Shown: positions 1 to 8,704 of the stretch, in pieces
Layout: every line of letters starts with the position of its first letter
How positions within the stretch are numbered: position 1 is the first letter of the stretch
Source of the DNA: Candidatus Micrarchaeota archaeon
GTDB taxonomy: Archaea > Micrarchaeota > Micrarchaeia > Norongarragalinales > Norongarragalinaceae
Length of the DNA: 27,519 nt
Reading direction: 5' to 3'
Assembly: GCA_043805205.1 (NCBI GenBank)
Contig: JAZDIF010000074.1
Coordinates: 1 to 27,519 of the forward strand
Made by a program: the position numbers and the translations under genes
Notes under the pieces: model-generated
Database searches by the model: none
What the model saw: only the letters and a program-made list of their open reading frames with translations
What the model was told of the DNA's origin: nothing

Positions 1-1
1 G

Positions 2-1843
2 TTTTACAAGAAAGTGGGAAGGCTGGAATTGGGTAAATACACGCAGGGGCAAAGCAAGGAAGATTCCGAAATGGCAATGCAGCTGGTCCGCGGCTTGTAC
101 GGGCAGGAAACGGATGTTCAATCAGTTTCCGGCGGGGATTACTACGACGATCCGACTGGAGTTGAATGTAAAAAGAATTTGCAGGCCGCATATAATTTCG
201 TAGACACTCTCACTTGGGTTGGCGTGGGTTTAAGCGGAGGCGCGATTCCGGTGGCTATACTCATTCCTGGAGGGCAGGCTGCGGCTTTGAGGATGGCAAG
301 CGCAGGAATTCCTTTGGCTACGATTCCGGCGAAAACCGCACTGGCTTGCAACCAAGCGAAGAGCGAACTGCCTACCTGCAAGGCTACAAACTTCTGCGTT
401 CACTTGAGCATGTCGGTAGGCGTGGAGTCAATCGTAAATTCAATAGCAGGAGGAATAGTGCCTTTTGGAGTAAAGGGGCTGCCGTGGACTGGAAGAGTTC
501 CGTTGAAAGCGGCGTCCCGCGGTTTGGCTTACTCGCTCGCGCAAACTGGCTTGGACGCAGGCTCGTTCTGGTTCTGGTATAGCATTTCAGACCAGACCAC
601 GCCGCACCCGTTCATGGTTTACGTGGGCGGCAAGGCAATAAGTTCGGTGTTAGGAAGCGCGTTGAGGTACGGCTTGGCGAAGAAAGCTTTCGACGGAACT
701 ACCGTAGCCGCATCAAGGCTCGGCGGCTTGGCCAGACAGGCTAAAGACGTTGTTGCTTTAACCCCTGAGAAGTGGCCGGAGTTCATCACTAAAACAAGCT
801 TGAAGGGAGGAAAGGTTGTTTTCAAGGAAGGCGGCAAGACTGTAGTTGCTACTATAGACGACGTCGTTAAGGAACCGATTTTCATCGCCACGTCCGCCGT
901 GAGCAAACCAACCGGGCTTGAAGAAGTTTTAGAACAGTCGGAAAGAGTGCTTCCTGGCTTGCTTAAAATCACTAGGGCAAAGCCTCCGGGCGCGGGGCAA
1001 AAAGCGCTGTCTGAAACTCTCGACGTCGGCAAGGCGGACTTGGTTTCCCTGACGCCTGGGAAAGCCTCTGCAGGAGTGGTTGCGGCCACGGCGGCTACTG
1101 GAGCAGGCGCCGGCTGGACCTTCCTCAAGTCGATATTCAGCGTTTCGCCCGGCTTGCTCCTAAGCATTCCTGCTTCGGCGTTGCTGCACGTGAACGGAAA
1201 TCCGGTTGAAGCCAAGCTGACGGACGAGGTTACGAACTACGCGCTGGTTTTCAACCACGCTTCTTCAGTCCCGTCCTTAGCTGCGTACTGCTACTACTCG
1301 GGCTCTTCCGCCGACTCTTGTGCGGAAAGGATTTCATTGAGGGAATCGTGCGGTGAAGGGGAAAGCTGCTTGTCTTTCGAAACCTTCCGGCACTCTCCAT
1401 CTTCGCCCCAAGAAAAGGCGGGAATAACGAGCTTTCTGATGGCTTTCTCTTACGATGATGCGGGCTACGCGTGGGAGCCTGTCTTCGTTTCAATCTTCCA
1501 GCCTGACTCGCAGCCTCTGGGCTTGGAGTCCATCGACGGCCTGGTGTTGAAGGAAAAAATAGGGAGTGAAGAGCAAAAGCTCTCGCAATCCGAAATTGAC
1601 GCGGAGAGCAAGAAAATCGACTTGGAAAACGCCCAAGCAAAGCTGGATGATTTCAAAAACACGATTGAATCAGGCGCTTTGCCTTCGTCGGTTGCAAGCG
1701 AGGGAAGCTCTTTAATAGAATCCATGCGCGCCCAGGGAATAGTGGATTCCGGCGGCAAAGTGGTTGAAGGGAAAGCTTCTGAAGTGGAAAAGTTGATTGA
1801 CGACTTCAAGTCTCGAACCGCCGAATCGCAATCTATAGGGTGA
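2..1843 (+). CDS. Large hypothetical membrane/surface protein, 5'-truncated (>609 aa)
   Basis: The frame is open from the window edge (TTT TAC AAG AAA before the GTG at 14). It has several Gly/Ala-rich hydrophobic segments, Cys clusters and an acidic C-terminus. No family recognised. Confidence 0.75.
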   Translation, partial: FYKKVGRLELGKYTQGQSKEDSEMAMQLVRGLYGQETDVQSVSGGDYYDDPTGVECKKNLQAAYNFVDTLTWVGVGLSGGAIPVAILIPGGQAAALRMASAGIPLATIPAKTALACNQAKSELPTCKATNFCVHLSMSVGVESIVNSIAGGIVPFGVKGLPWTGRVPLKAASRGLAYSLAQTGLDAGSFWFWYSISDQTTPHPFMVYVGGKAISSVLGSALRYGLAKKAFDGTTVAASRLGGLARQAKDVVALTPEKWPEFITKTSLKGGKVVFKEGGKTVVATIDDVVKEPIFIATSAVSKPTGLEEVLEQSERVLPGLLKITRAKPPGAGQKALSETLDVGKADLVSLTPGKASAGVVAATAATGAGAGWTFLKSIFSVSPGLLLSIPASALLHVNGNPVEAKLTDEVTNYALVFNHASSVPSLAAYCYYSGSSADSCAERISLRESCGEGESCLSFETFRHSPSSPQEKAGITSFLMAFSYDDAGYAWEPVFVSIFQPDSQPLGLESIDGLVLKEKIGSEEQKLSQSEIDAESKKIDLENAQAKLDDFKNTIESGALPSSVASEGSSLIESMRAQGIVDSGGKVVEGKASEVEKLIDDFKSRTAESQSIG

Positions 1844-1849
1844 TTTGTT

Positions 1850-2419
1850 TTGAAAGCTTGGCAGTTGGTGTTGGCGCTCGCAATCTTGCTGGGAGCATTG
1901 CTGCTCTTCCAGAATGCAATAGTGCAGGCGGGAAGCCCGTTCGTCTACCCGTCTGCGGACTTGCAGGCGCAAGCGCGTTCCTTCTCCAACCAAAATTCCG
2001 AAACCCTGCTGGATTACAAAAGCCAAGACTGGGGCTTCTCCATAAGGTATCCCGTAGGTTACGAAGTGTCTTCAGACGAGTCTTTCACGCTGAAAATCCG
2101 CAGTTACGTGGAACACTTTGCACCCGAGGTTTTCACCCTGCGCATCGAGCAGGATTTCTCTTCCGAGAAAGACCTTCAAAATGCAGTTTCAGCCTTGAAG
2201 ACCCAGGGTTCGGAAGACGGTTTTTCAACCGCTTTCTCCGGAAAGAAGTTTTACTTCCTGAAAGACACTTCCGAAGAGGGGTTCGTAAGCTCGTTCCTCT
2301 ACTCTTGCACCGCTCCTAACGCAACTGCGTACACTGCGGTTTTAACGACGTTCGTGCCAGCCTCATTCCCTGAAGACAAGGCTACGGTCAACTTCATCGC
2401 CCACTCGTTCGACTGTTGA
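1850..2419 (+). CDS. Membrane-anchored PsbP/DcrB-like domain protein
   Basis: N-terminal hydrophobic helix (WQLVLALAILLGALLLF) and a YKSQDWGFSIRYPVGY segment resembling the PsbP-like 'Y..GFSI.YP' signature. TTG start with GGGTGA overlapping the upstream stop. Confidence 0.6.
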   Translation: MKAWQLVLALAILLGALLLFQNAIVQAGSPFVYPSADLQAQARSFSNQNSETLLDYKSQDWGFSIRYPVGYEVSSDESFTLKIRSYVEHFAPEVFTLRIEQDFSSEKDLQNAVSALKTQGSEDGFSTAFSGKKFYFLKDTSEEGFVSSFLYSCTAPNATAYTAVLTTFVPASFPEDKATVNFIAHSFDC

Positions 2420-2424
2420 AAAAA
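2419..2424 (-). terminator. T6 tract, probable archaeal terminator of the tRNA-Gly transcript
   Basis: TTTTTT on the minus strand 2 nt after the tRNA discriminator base. Confidence 0.5.
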
Positions 2425-2425
2425 G

Positions 2426-2496
2426 TGCGGCTGCCGGGAATCGGACCCGGGTCTCGACCTTGGGAAGGTCGCATCTTGCCACTAGACCACAACCGC
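2426..2496 (-). tRNA. tRNA-Gly(CCC), intronless, CCA not encoded
   Basis: The reverse complement GCGGTTGTGGTCTAGTGGCAAGATGCGACCTTCCCAAGGTCGAGACCCGGGTCCGATTCCCGGCAGCCGCA folds as a cloverleaf: acceptor GCGGTTG/CAGCCGC, anticodon arm CGACC-TTCCCAA-GGTCG, T arm CCGGG-TCCGATT-CCCGG. Confidence 0.97.
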
Positions 2497-2522
2497 TCGG
2501 CTTAATTCTTTTGGGGCAAGCG

Positions 2523-2530
2523 TTTTAATT
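2523..2530 (-). promoter_or_regulatory. TATA-like box (AATTAAAA) for the tRNA-Gly gene
   Basis: AT-rich octamer about 27-34 nt upstream of the tRNA with a purine-rich BRE-like stretch 5' of it. The same octamer precedes tyrS. Confidence 0.45.
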
Positions 2531-2572
2531 TCTTGTTTCCTTACCGCATAAACAGCTTTGGGTGCTAAACGC

Positions 2573-3448
2573 ATGGTTTTGGAGTATATCCTTTCTCCCA
2601 AGGAAGCGAAGAGAAAGCCTTGGGAATTGATTGCAGTTTCGTTCCTGTTCGTTTCCTTCGGAGTTCTTACGCAACTGCTCATCCCCTCGCTGGAAGGCTC
2701 GGTAATCATCTTCGCCATGGTTCCGTTAATTCCCCTGTTTTTCGTTGTTCTCGCTGGAGAGGAGAGCGCCGAAGCGCGTTTTTCCAAGCTTAAAACCGAA
2801 GTGGACAGCTGGAAGAAAGTCTTGAAGGCTTTAAAGCAGGATGAAAAGCCCGCGTTGTTCCCGTTCGCTTTAGCCCATCGGTTCAAGAGGGTGGTGAACG
2901 TCCACAAGGACTTGATTGAACTCTTCGGCTTTCTCTTCATAGGCGCAGTAATCGCCTACGCATTCTGGTTTTCCGTCCTCCCGCAGGAAGTTTCCTACAA
3001 CCTCTTCTACCCGCAATTGCAAGAACTGAAAACAATCCGCTCGACGATTACCGCCAACGTCTTCAGCGACAACTTGTTCCAATACCTGCTTTCCCACAAC
3101 CTGCAGGTTTTGCTGCTCATGCTCTTGTTTTCGGTGATATACGGAATCGGGGCTTTGTATTTGCTGTTGTGGAACGCGTCCATAATCGGAGTCGTGCTGG
3201 GAGAGCGGATGATCCAGCAGGGGCTGGCGGGGACGGTGGTAGGTCTGCTGGGTTTGATTCCACACGGGATTTTCGAAATTTCTTCATATTTCATCGGCGC
3301 CATTGCAGGCGGAATCCTCTCGATTGCAATAATGAAGTCGGCTTACAAAAAACCGTTTTTCAAGTACTTGGTTGAGGACGTGGTTCTTCTCGCCGGCATG
3401 GCGTTCCTCTTGCTGTTGGTGGGCGCGTTCATAGAAGCGTCCTACTGA
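2573..3448 (+). CDS. SpoIIM-like (stage II sporulation protein M family) membrane protein
   Basis: Polytopic membrane protein with HN..VLLL, LWNASIIG and IPHGIFE motifs typical of this family. ATG at 2573 preferred over TTG at 2558. Confidence 0.8.
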   Translation: MVLEYILSPKEAKRKPWELIAVSFLFVSFGVLTQLLIPSLEGSVIIFAMVPLIPLFFVVLAGEESAEARFSKLKTEVDSWKKVLKALKQDEKPALFPFALAHRFKRVVNVHKDLIELFGFLFIGAVIAYAFWFSVLPQEVSYNLFYPQLQELKTIRSTITANVFSDNLFQYLLSHNLQVLLLMLLFSVIYGIGALYLLLWNASIIGVVLGERMIQQGLAGTVVGLLGLIPHGIFEISSYFIGAIAGGILSIAIMKSAYKKPFFKYLVEDVVLLAGMAFLLLLVGAFIEASY

Positions 3449-3467
3449 ATGTAGCGTGTGTGGAAAA

Positions 3468-4061
3468 ATGGTTTTGAAGGCAAGCGGAAAGTTCGAACTT
3501 GCCCTGGTTTTCACGGCAGGATTCGCTTCAGCGCTGCTCCTGTCTTTTGCAGCCTATCCTGAAGTCAATGCCTTTAAGGAAAACGGGGTTTGCGCCTTGG
3601 GCGTGACAACCGTCTTCTCCCCGGATTCGCAAGAGCAATTCGTTTCCATAATCTCTTCAGCGGAAAAAACCCTCGACGTGATGCTATACCAGTTTTCCAA
3701 CCCGGAAATGAAAGACGCGCTGGCTTTTGCAGTCAGGCGCGGGGTTGCAGTGAGAATAATCCTGGAGCCGAGGGTGGATTCGAATTACGCTACGGCGGAG
3801 TTCCTATCGCAAAACGGAGTTTCCGTAAGATGGGCTTCCAAGGAATATACGAACACGCACTCGAAAACAGCGGTTATCGACGGGAGGAAAGTGATTGTGG
3901 GAAGCACGAATTGGAGCAAGCAGGCGATGCGCTCCAACCGCGAGAGCACTGTTTTAATCGAGGGGGAGGCTATTGCTAAAGAGTTCTCCAGGGTTTTCGA
4001 GGAAGACTGGATTAAGGCGAAGGAGTACGTTTCGGGTGTGGAGAATGCAACCGCAGGGTGA
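3468..4061 (+). CDS. Phospholipase D superfamily protein (single HKD motif, Nuc-like) with N-terminal membrane anchor
   Basis: HSKTAVID (HxKxxxxD) followed by VGSTNWS and NRE, plus an N-terminal hydrophobic segment. Confidence 0.88.
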   Translation: MVLKASGKFELALVFTAGFASALLLSFAAYPEVNAFKENGVCALGVTTVFSPDSQEQFVSIISSAEKTLDVMLYQFSNPEMKDALAFAVRRGVAVRIILEPRVDSNYATAEFLSQNGVSVRWASKEYTNTHSKTAVIDGRKVIVGSTNWSKQAMRSNRESTVLIEGEAIAKEFSRVFEEDWIKAKEYVSGVENATAG

Positions 4062-4512
4062 GATTGAAATTATCCCGGCGGAGCCCAAGCACCTTTACTC
4101 CATAACCGCCATGACCAAGCACTTCTTCCCCTACACGGGTTTTACGTTCAAGACTATTGAAGAGCGTTTGAAGAGCAAGAACGTTTTCTACTTCGTGGCT
4201 TTGCTTGAAGGGCATACCGTGGGTTTTGCGGATGTTGACGTGCAGGATGACGGGAATGCGAAGCTCTTGGGCTTGGCTGTTTTGAAGGAATTGCAAGGCA
4301 AAGGCATAGGAAAAAAGCTTTTGGAGAAAGCGCTGGCTTTTGCGAAAGAAAAACGCTGTCCGAGCGTGTTTTTGTTCGTTGCCGAGGATAATGAAATTGC
4401 GAAAAAACTTTACGCGGAATTCGGTTTCGTGAAGAAAGGCGTGCTGGAAAAACAGTTGGGAGGAAAAACTGTTTTGGTTTTGGAGAAAAAACTGTTGCCT
4501 CAAACGACTTGA
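4045..4512 (+). CDS. GNAT family N-acetyltransferase (RimI-like)
   Basis: Acetyl-CoA motif A (LQGKGIGKKLL) and NEIAKKLYAEFGF. Start uncertain; ATG at 4045 chosen. Confidence 0.85.
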   Translation: MQPQGEIEIIPAEPKHLYSITAMTKHFFPYTGFTFKTIEERLKSKNVFYFVALLEGHTVGFADVDVQDDGNAKLLGLAVLKELQGKGIGKKLLEKALAFAKEKRCPSVFLFVAEDNEIAKKLYAEFGFVKKGVLEKQLGGKTVLVLEKKLLPQTT

Positions 4513-4898
4513 AAACCCATCCTTTTTCCGTTCGAGTCGAACGCGTTCACGTCTTGAATCCTGTACGGAGCGGATGCGATGAAGTGGAACTTGCCCGAGC
4601 GGGAGAAAAAATGCAAGTCCTGCCTGGAGGGAAAGGCTGAATTGGGCGAAGGGTGCGAGTGGAATGAAGCGATTTCGTTCGAATTGGCTGGAATGAACCA
4701 ATCGGAAAAGCCCGAAGAGTGGCGTTCGTAACTGGAGAAAGGCGGGATTATCACTTCGTGAATAACCCACTTTCCTTCCTTCTTTTCCCCGCGCAATAAG
4801 CAGACGAACTCGTGGGGGTGCGTTTCCCTCGCTCCCTGCAGCGCGCTTTCCAAAGCCCTGCGCGTTATTTCCACTTTTTCCGGCGTGTTCGAAGGCAT
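4500..4898 (-). CDS. JAMM/MPN+ (Mov34) metalloprotease
   Basis: Upstream Glu (HPHEF) plus HSHPSPNSAFPSRQD, matching the JAMM motif HxH-x7-S-x2-D. Confidence 0.88.
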   Translation of the reverse strand: MPSNTPEKVEITRRALESALQGARETHPHEFVCLLRGEKKEGKWVIHEVIIPPFSSYERHSSGFSDWFIPANSNEIASFHSHPSPNSAFPSRQDLHFFSRSGKFHFIASAPYRIQDVNAFDSNGKRMGFQVV

Positions 4899-4922
4899 GG
4901 TTTTTATTAGGTTTTAGAGAGT

Positions 4923-4930
4923 AATTAAAA
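4923..4930 (+). promoter_or_regulatory. TATA-like box (AATTAAAA) for tyrS, probably a leaderless transcript
   Basis: Lies 23-30 nt upstream of ATG 4953 with a purine-rich BRE-like stretch upstream, in a 54-bp divergent intergenic gap. Confidence 0.45.
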
Positions 4931-4952
4931 ACAATTTTTTGAAGTGTTTAGC

Positions 4953-5987
4953 ATGGATTTGCAGTCGAAAATAGAATTGGCTTCCAAACCGCCGGTAGCG
5001 GAAGTGGTTACTCCGGAAGATTTGAGGCAGTTGTTCGAAGCCAACCCGAAGCCGAAACACTACATAGGCTTCGAGGTTTCCGGTTTATTGCACGTCGGTT
5101 CTCTCTTCGTCAGCGGAAACGTCATCAACAACCTGTCGAAAGCGGGAGTGGAAACGACCGTTTTCCTAGCGGACTGGCATTCGCTCATCAACAACAAGCT
5201 CGGCGGAGATTGGGAAAAGCTGCAAGCGGAGGCGGAGTATTTCGAAGAAGCATTCAATTTCTTCTGCCCGAAAGTCAAGATCGTGCGGGGGACGGACTTG
5301 TACCACGATAACGACGAGTACTGGAAGAGCGTTTTGAAGTTCTCGATGCACGTTACCATTGCCAGAGCAACGAGGACGATGCAAGTTTTGGGTAGGGAAG
5401 AGAACGAGATTCTTGACGTTGCTAAATACATTTACCCGTCAATGCAGGCTGTGGACATCAAGTTTCTCAACGCGGATATTGCGCACGCGGGGATGGATCA
5501 GCGGAAGGTGCACATGCTGGCGAGGGAGGTTTTCCCGAAAATGGGGTGGAAGCCCCCGATAGCATTGCACCACCGTCTTTTGCCTTCGTTGCTGGGGGAA
5601 GAGCTGAAAATGAGCAAGAGCAAGCCCGAGAGCGCGGTGTTCATCCACGATCCACAGGAGGAAATCAAGAAAAAAGTTTCGAAAGCCTTTTGTCCGGAAA
5701 AGCAGGCGGAGGGAAACCCGGTTCTCGCTTACGCGCGGGACTTGGTTTTCCAGAACAAGAAAACCTTCTCCATCGACAGGCTGGAGAAGTTCGGCGGGAG
5801 GCTCGAGTTCGACTCGTTCCCAGAATTGGAAGGCGCTTTCGCCAGGGGAGAACTGCATCCTGCGGATTTGAAGAACGGAATTGCGGGAGAGTTGGACGAA
5901 ATAATCGAGCCGGTGAGAACCCATTTCGAGAAGGGAAAGGCGAAAGAATTGTTCGAGAAAGTGCGTTCTTTTCAAGTAACCAGATGA
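4953..5987 (+). CDS. tyrS: Tyrosine--tRNA ligase, archaeal type
   Basis: HYIGFEVSGLLHVG (HIGH-like), FLADWHS, YPSMQAVD, GMDQRKVHMLARE and KMSKS motifs. Confidence 0.96.
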   Translation: MDLQSKIELASKPPVAEVVTPEDLRQLFEANPKPKHYIGFEVSGLLHVGSLFVSGNVINNLSKAGVETTVFLADWHSLINNKLGGDWEKLQAEAEYFEEAFNFFCPKVKIVRGTDLYHDNDEYWKSVLKFSMHVTIARATRTMQVLGREENEILDVAKYIYPSMQAVDIKFLNADIAHAGMDQRKVHMLAREVFPKMGWKPPIALHHRLLPSLLGEELKMSKSKPESAVFIHDPQEEIKKKVSKAFCPEKQAEGNPVLAYARDLVFQNKKTFSIDRLEKFGGRLEFDSFPELEGAFARGELHPADLKNGIAGELDEIIEPVRTHFEKGKAKELFEKVRSFQVTR

Positions 5988-6010
5988 TTTTCGGATAGGA
6001 GAGTGTTTTC

Positions 6011-6805
6011 ATGCGAGCTGGGAAGGTTGTTATGTTTTCGCTTCTCGCCTGCATTTTCCTCCTGTTCGTTTTGAACGAATGGTTTTTAGGAAAATGGATT
6101 TTCATGGCGTCTTCAAACGTCCTTCTGCTTGCGCTTTCCGGTTTTGCGGTTTACGGTGCTTTCAGGGCTTTGAACGCGGCTTACTACAACGATATTGCGA
6201 CTAAATTCTGCCTTGTATTCCTAGCGGGAGCGTTCTTGTGGTTTTTTGGGGAGGTTTCTTGGGTTGCGCAAACGGTTTTTTTCGGGATAGAACTCCCGTA
6301 CCCGTCGATTTCCGACGCGTTCTGGGTTTTGGGTTCCTTGGTATTTTGCATAGCCTTGCTCTTCCGGTTGAACAACCTTGTTTCCGTGGACACCCGGCTG
6401 TCTCAGGTGGAAGTGGGCATCATACTCGGAGCGGCTTTGTTCATTTCAATCCTCGTGTTTTTCGGCGGAGGCGCTTTTTCTTTCGACGCCAGCAGCTTGG
6501 AGAAAACGCTCAATTTGATTTACGCAACTTTGGATTTCGTTCTTTTTTTGGGTGCGATTTCCATCGCCTTCGTCTTGGCGGGAGAAGCCGTCCAGTATGG
6601 TTTGGCCGGGTTTTCAAAAACGTGGGTTATCTTGGCGGCTTCTTTCGGCTTGTTCGCGATTTACGACATTTTATTCGGGCAGTTGGTGGTGAACGACGTT
6701 TACACGCAGTACGGTCTTGTTGACGGCTTGTACTACGTAGCATACTGGCTGTTGGCTTTGGGCGGCTTCATGTACGAAGAGGACTTGCGCCCGAGCGGAT
6801 TGTAA
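6011..6805 (+). CDS. Hypothetical polytopic membrane protein (about 8 TM)
   Basis: Almost entirely hydrophobic helices, with a PYPSISDAFW motif reminiscent of membrane sensor domains. Confidence 0.75.
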   Translation: MRAGKVVMFSLLACIFLLFVLNEWFLGKWIFMASSNVLLLALSGFAVYGAFRALNAAYYNDIATKFCLVFLAGAFLWFFGEVSWVAQTVFFGIELPYPSISDAFWVLGSLVFCIALLFRLNNLVSVDTRLSQVEVGIILGAALFISILVFFGGGAFSFDASSLEKTLNLIYATLDFVLFLGAISIAFVLAGEAVQYGLAGFSKTWVILAASFGLFAIYDILFGQLVVNDVYTQYGLVDGLYYVAYWLLALGGFMYEEDLRPSGL

Positions 6806-6808
6806 TAA

Positions 6809-8062
6809 TCACGTTCCTTCCAGCCACGTTTCCAAGTACTTTTCCTGTTCCCTGCTCATTTTCTCCAGGGTTATTCCCAACGCCTTGAGCTTGAGCCTTG
6901 CAATCCTCTCGTCGATTTGCCTGGGGACGACGTACACGCGGTTTTCCAGGAATTTTCCTTCCTTGACGAGAAACTCAGAACTCAGCGCTTGGTTGGCGAA
7001 GCTCAAGTCCATTACTTCGCTCGGATGGCCTTCTGCCACGCTTAGGTTGACGAGCCTCCCTTCCGCGAGAACGAAAACCCTCCTGCCGTTCTTCATCGTG
7101 TATTCCACGACGTTCTTCCGGATTTCGCGCTTGCTTTTGCACTGTTTTTCCAAAGCAGGAATTTCTATTTCCACGTTGAAGTGCCCAGAATTGGCGAGAA
7201 TCACGCCGTCTTTCAAAAGCTTGAAGTGTTCCGAGCGTAAAACGTGCTTGTTTCCAGTGACCGTAACGATAATATCCGCTAGCTTCGCCGCTTCTCTCAT
7301 GGGCATCACGCGGAACCCGTTCAAGTGCGCCCTCAAGGCTTCCACCGGACGCGGTTCCACCACGATGACGTTCGCCGCCATTCCCTTCGCCCTCTCCGCC
7401 AATCCTTTTCCACAGTCCCCGTAACCGGCGATTGCGAATGTAGTGCCGGCCAAAAGCACGTTCGTCGCCCTGAGAATGCCGTCTATAGTGCTTTGGCTAG
7501 TTCCGTAGTAATTGTCGAACAAGTGCTTGGTGGGAGTGTCGTTAACCGCGATTAGGGGGTAGAGTAGCTTGTTTTGCTTTTCCATCGCTCGCAAGCGGAT
7601 TACTCCTGTGGTGGTTTCCTCCTGTCCTCCCAAAACGCCTTTCGCCATGCTTTTTTTCTTAGTGTGGATTTCAGTGATCAAGTCCGCCCCGTCGTCAATC
7701 GTAATCGTGGGTTTGATGGCGAGAACTTGGTTCAAGCACCAGTAATACTCGTTCTTGCCGAGCCCCCTCCACGCGAAAACCGGAATGCCCTCGCTCACCA
7801 GTCCTGCAGCAACATCGTCCTGCGTGCTCAACGGGTTGCTTTGGCATAAAGACACTTGCGCGCCTCCCGCCTTGAGCGTTTCCATCAAAACGGCGGTTTC
7901 CTTGGTCACGTGCAAACAACAAGCAATCCTCTGCCCTCGCAGGGGCTTTCTCTTCCCGAAATCCTTTTTTATTTGCTCGAGAACGGGCATGTGCTGCCTG
8001 GCCCAGCGTATCTTGTTCAAACCCGCTTTGGAAAGCTTCAAGTCGGCTATCTTAAACTTCAT
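6809..8062 (-). CDS. ahcY: Adenosylhomocysteinase (SAH hydrolase)
   Basis: CLHVTKETAVL, SNPLSTQDD, DDGADL, EETTTG, KHLFDN, GYGDCGKG and GHPSEVMDLSF motifs. GGGAGGG RBS upstream of ATG 8062. Confidence 0.97.
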   Translation of the reverse strand: MKFKIADLKLSKAGLNKIRWARQHMPVLEQIKKDFGKRKPLRGQRIACCLHVTKETAVLMETLKAGGAQVSLCQSNPLSTQDDVAAGLVSEGIPVFAWRGLGKNEYYWCLNQVLAIKPTITIDDGADLITEIHTKKKSMAKGVLGGQEETTTGVIRLRAMEKQNKLLYPLIAVNDTPTKHLFDNYYGTSQSTIDGILRATNVLLAGTTFAIAGYGDCGKGLAERAKGMAANVIVVEPRPVEALRAHLNGFRVMPMREAAKLADIIVTVTGNKHVLRSEHFKLLKDGVILANSGHFNVEIEIPALEKQCKSKREIRKNVVEYTMKNGRRVFVLAEGRLVNLSVAEGHPSEVMDLSFANQALSSEFLVKEGKFLENRVYVVPRQIDERIARLKLKALGITLEKMSREQEKYLETWLEGT

Positions 8063-8129
8063 GGTAAACCCTCCCACTTTTTCCGAGCGTAAAGAAAGTT
8101 TTTAGAAACTATTTACTCACGCAACAATG

Positions 8130-8137
8130 TTTAAATA
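8130..8137 (+). promoter_or_regulatory. TATA box (TTTAAATA) in the divergent ahcY / ATP synthase intergenic region
   Basis: Matches the archaeal consensus TTTAWATA and also reads TATTTAAA on the minus strand, so it could serve either or both directions. Confidence 0.45.
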
Positions 8138-8337
8138 CGTTTTTGCTTTAAATCGTAATTGAAAAGACGCGTTGAGCAATCTGCCTGAAAAAGCCTTAGA
8201 ACGCTTTTTCTTCCGTTTACAAAAAACCGCGTTTTTGCAGGGTATCGCCGTATGCCCAATCGTAAGCCTTTCGGGCTGCATAGCCTCTCTAAAACGGCGT
8301 TCTCCATGCGATTTTTACGGTTAGGAGGTTTTTGAAT

Positions 8338-8673
8338 ATGCAGAGCGACAGCAATTCCCACTCCCACGCATTCAGCAAGAGCGTTTTGGAAGTTTCGCAA
8401 GCCGAAGAGCAGGCGAAGAGAATCATCTCCAGGGCGGAAGAGGAAAGGATTAGCGTTATGGCGAGGGGAAAGAAAAGGGCGGCTGAAATCCTGGGAAACG
8501 CTTCGGTGGAAGGGGAGAAAAAAAGGGAACAGCTTATAGAGGAAGAAAGGCGGTTGGTTCAAGTCGAGGCGGAGAGAATCTTGGCTGAAGCGAAAGCGAA
8601 TTCCGCCGAGTTCAAGAAAAAGCCCGTGAAGCAATTGGCTTCCGAGCTTGCTTTGGAAATACTGCCGAAATAA
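8338..8673 (+). CDS. atpH: A-type ATP synthase subunit H (G-like peripheral stalk)
   Basis: Charged helical protein (AEEQAKRIISRAEEE) placed first in the operon. GGAGGT RBS 8 nt before ATG 8338. Confidence 0.75.
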   Translation: MQSDSNSHSHAFSKSVLEVSQAEEQAKRIISRAEEERISVMARGKKRAAEILGNASVEGEKKREQLIEEERRLVQVEAERILAEAKANSAEFKKKPVKQLASELALEILPK

Positions 8674-8704
8674 CTTTTGCACTTGCTAGGGGGTTGTTGG
8701 GTTT

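Noticed and set aside
2426-2496. tRNA-Gly as the attachment site of the integrase
   Set aside because: It is 23 kb away with core genes in between, and I saw no duplicate of its 3' end near the integrase.
3468-4898. PLD and JAB genes as a defence system (DISARM DrmC or CBASS Cap3)
   Set aside because: No cyclase, E1/E2, helicase or methylase is nearby. The PLD has a membrane anchor and the neighbours are housekeeping genes.
8063-8200. Possible SAH/SAM riboswitch upstream of ahcY
   Set aside because: The region is AT-rich, with no recognisable aptamer consensus or stable stems.
8296-8305. GGCGTTCTCC, resembling part of the fluoride riboswitch core
   Set aside because: The required upstream GAT and pseudoknot partner are missing, and no fluoride-related gene follows.
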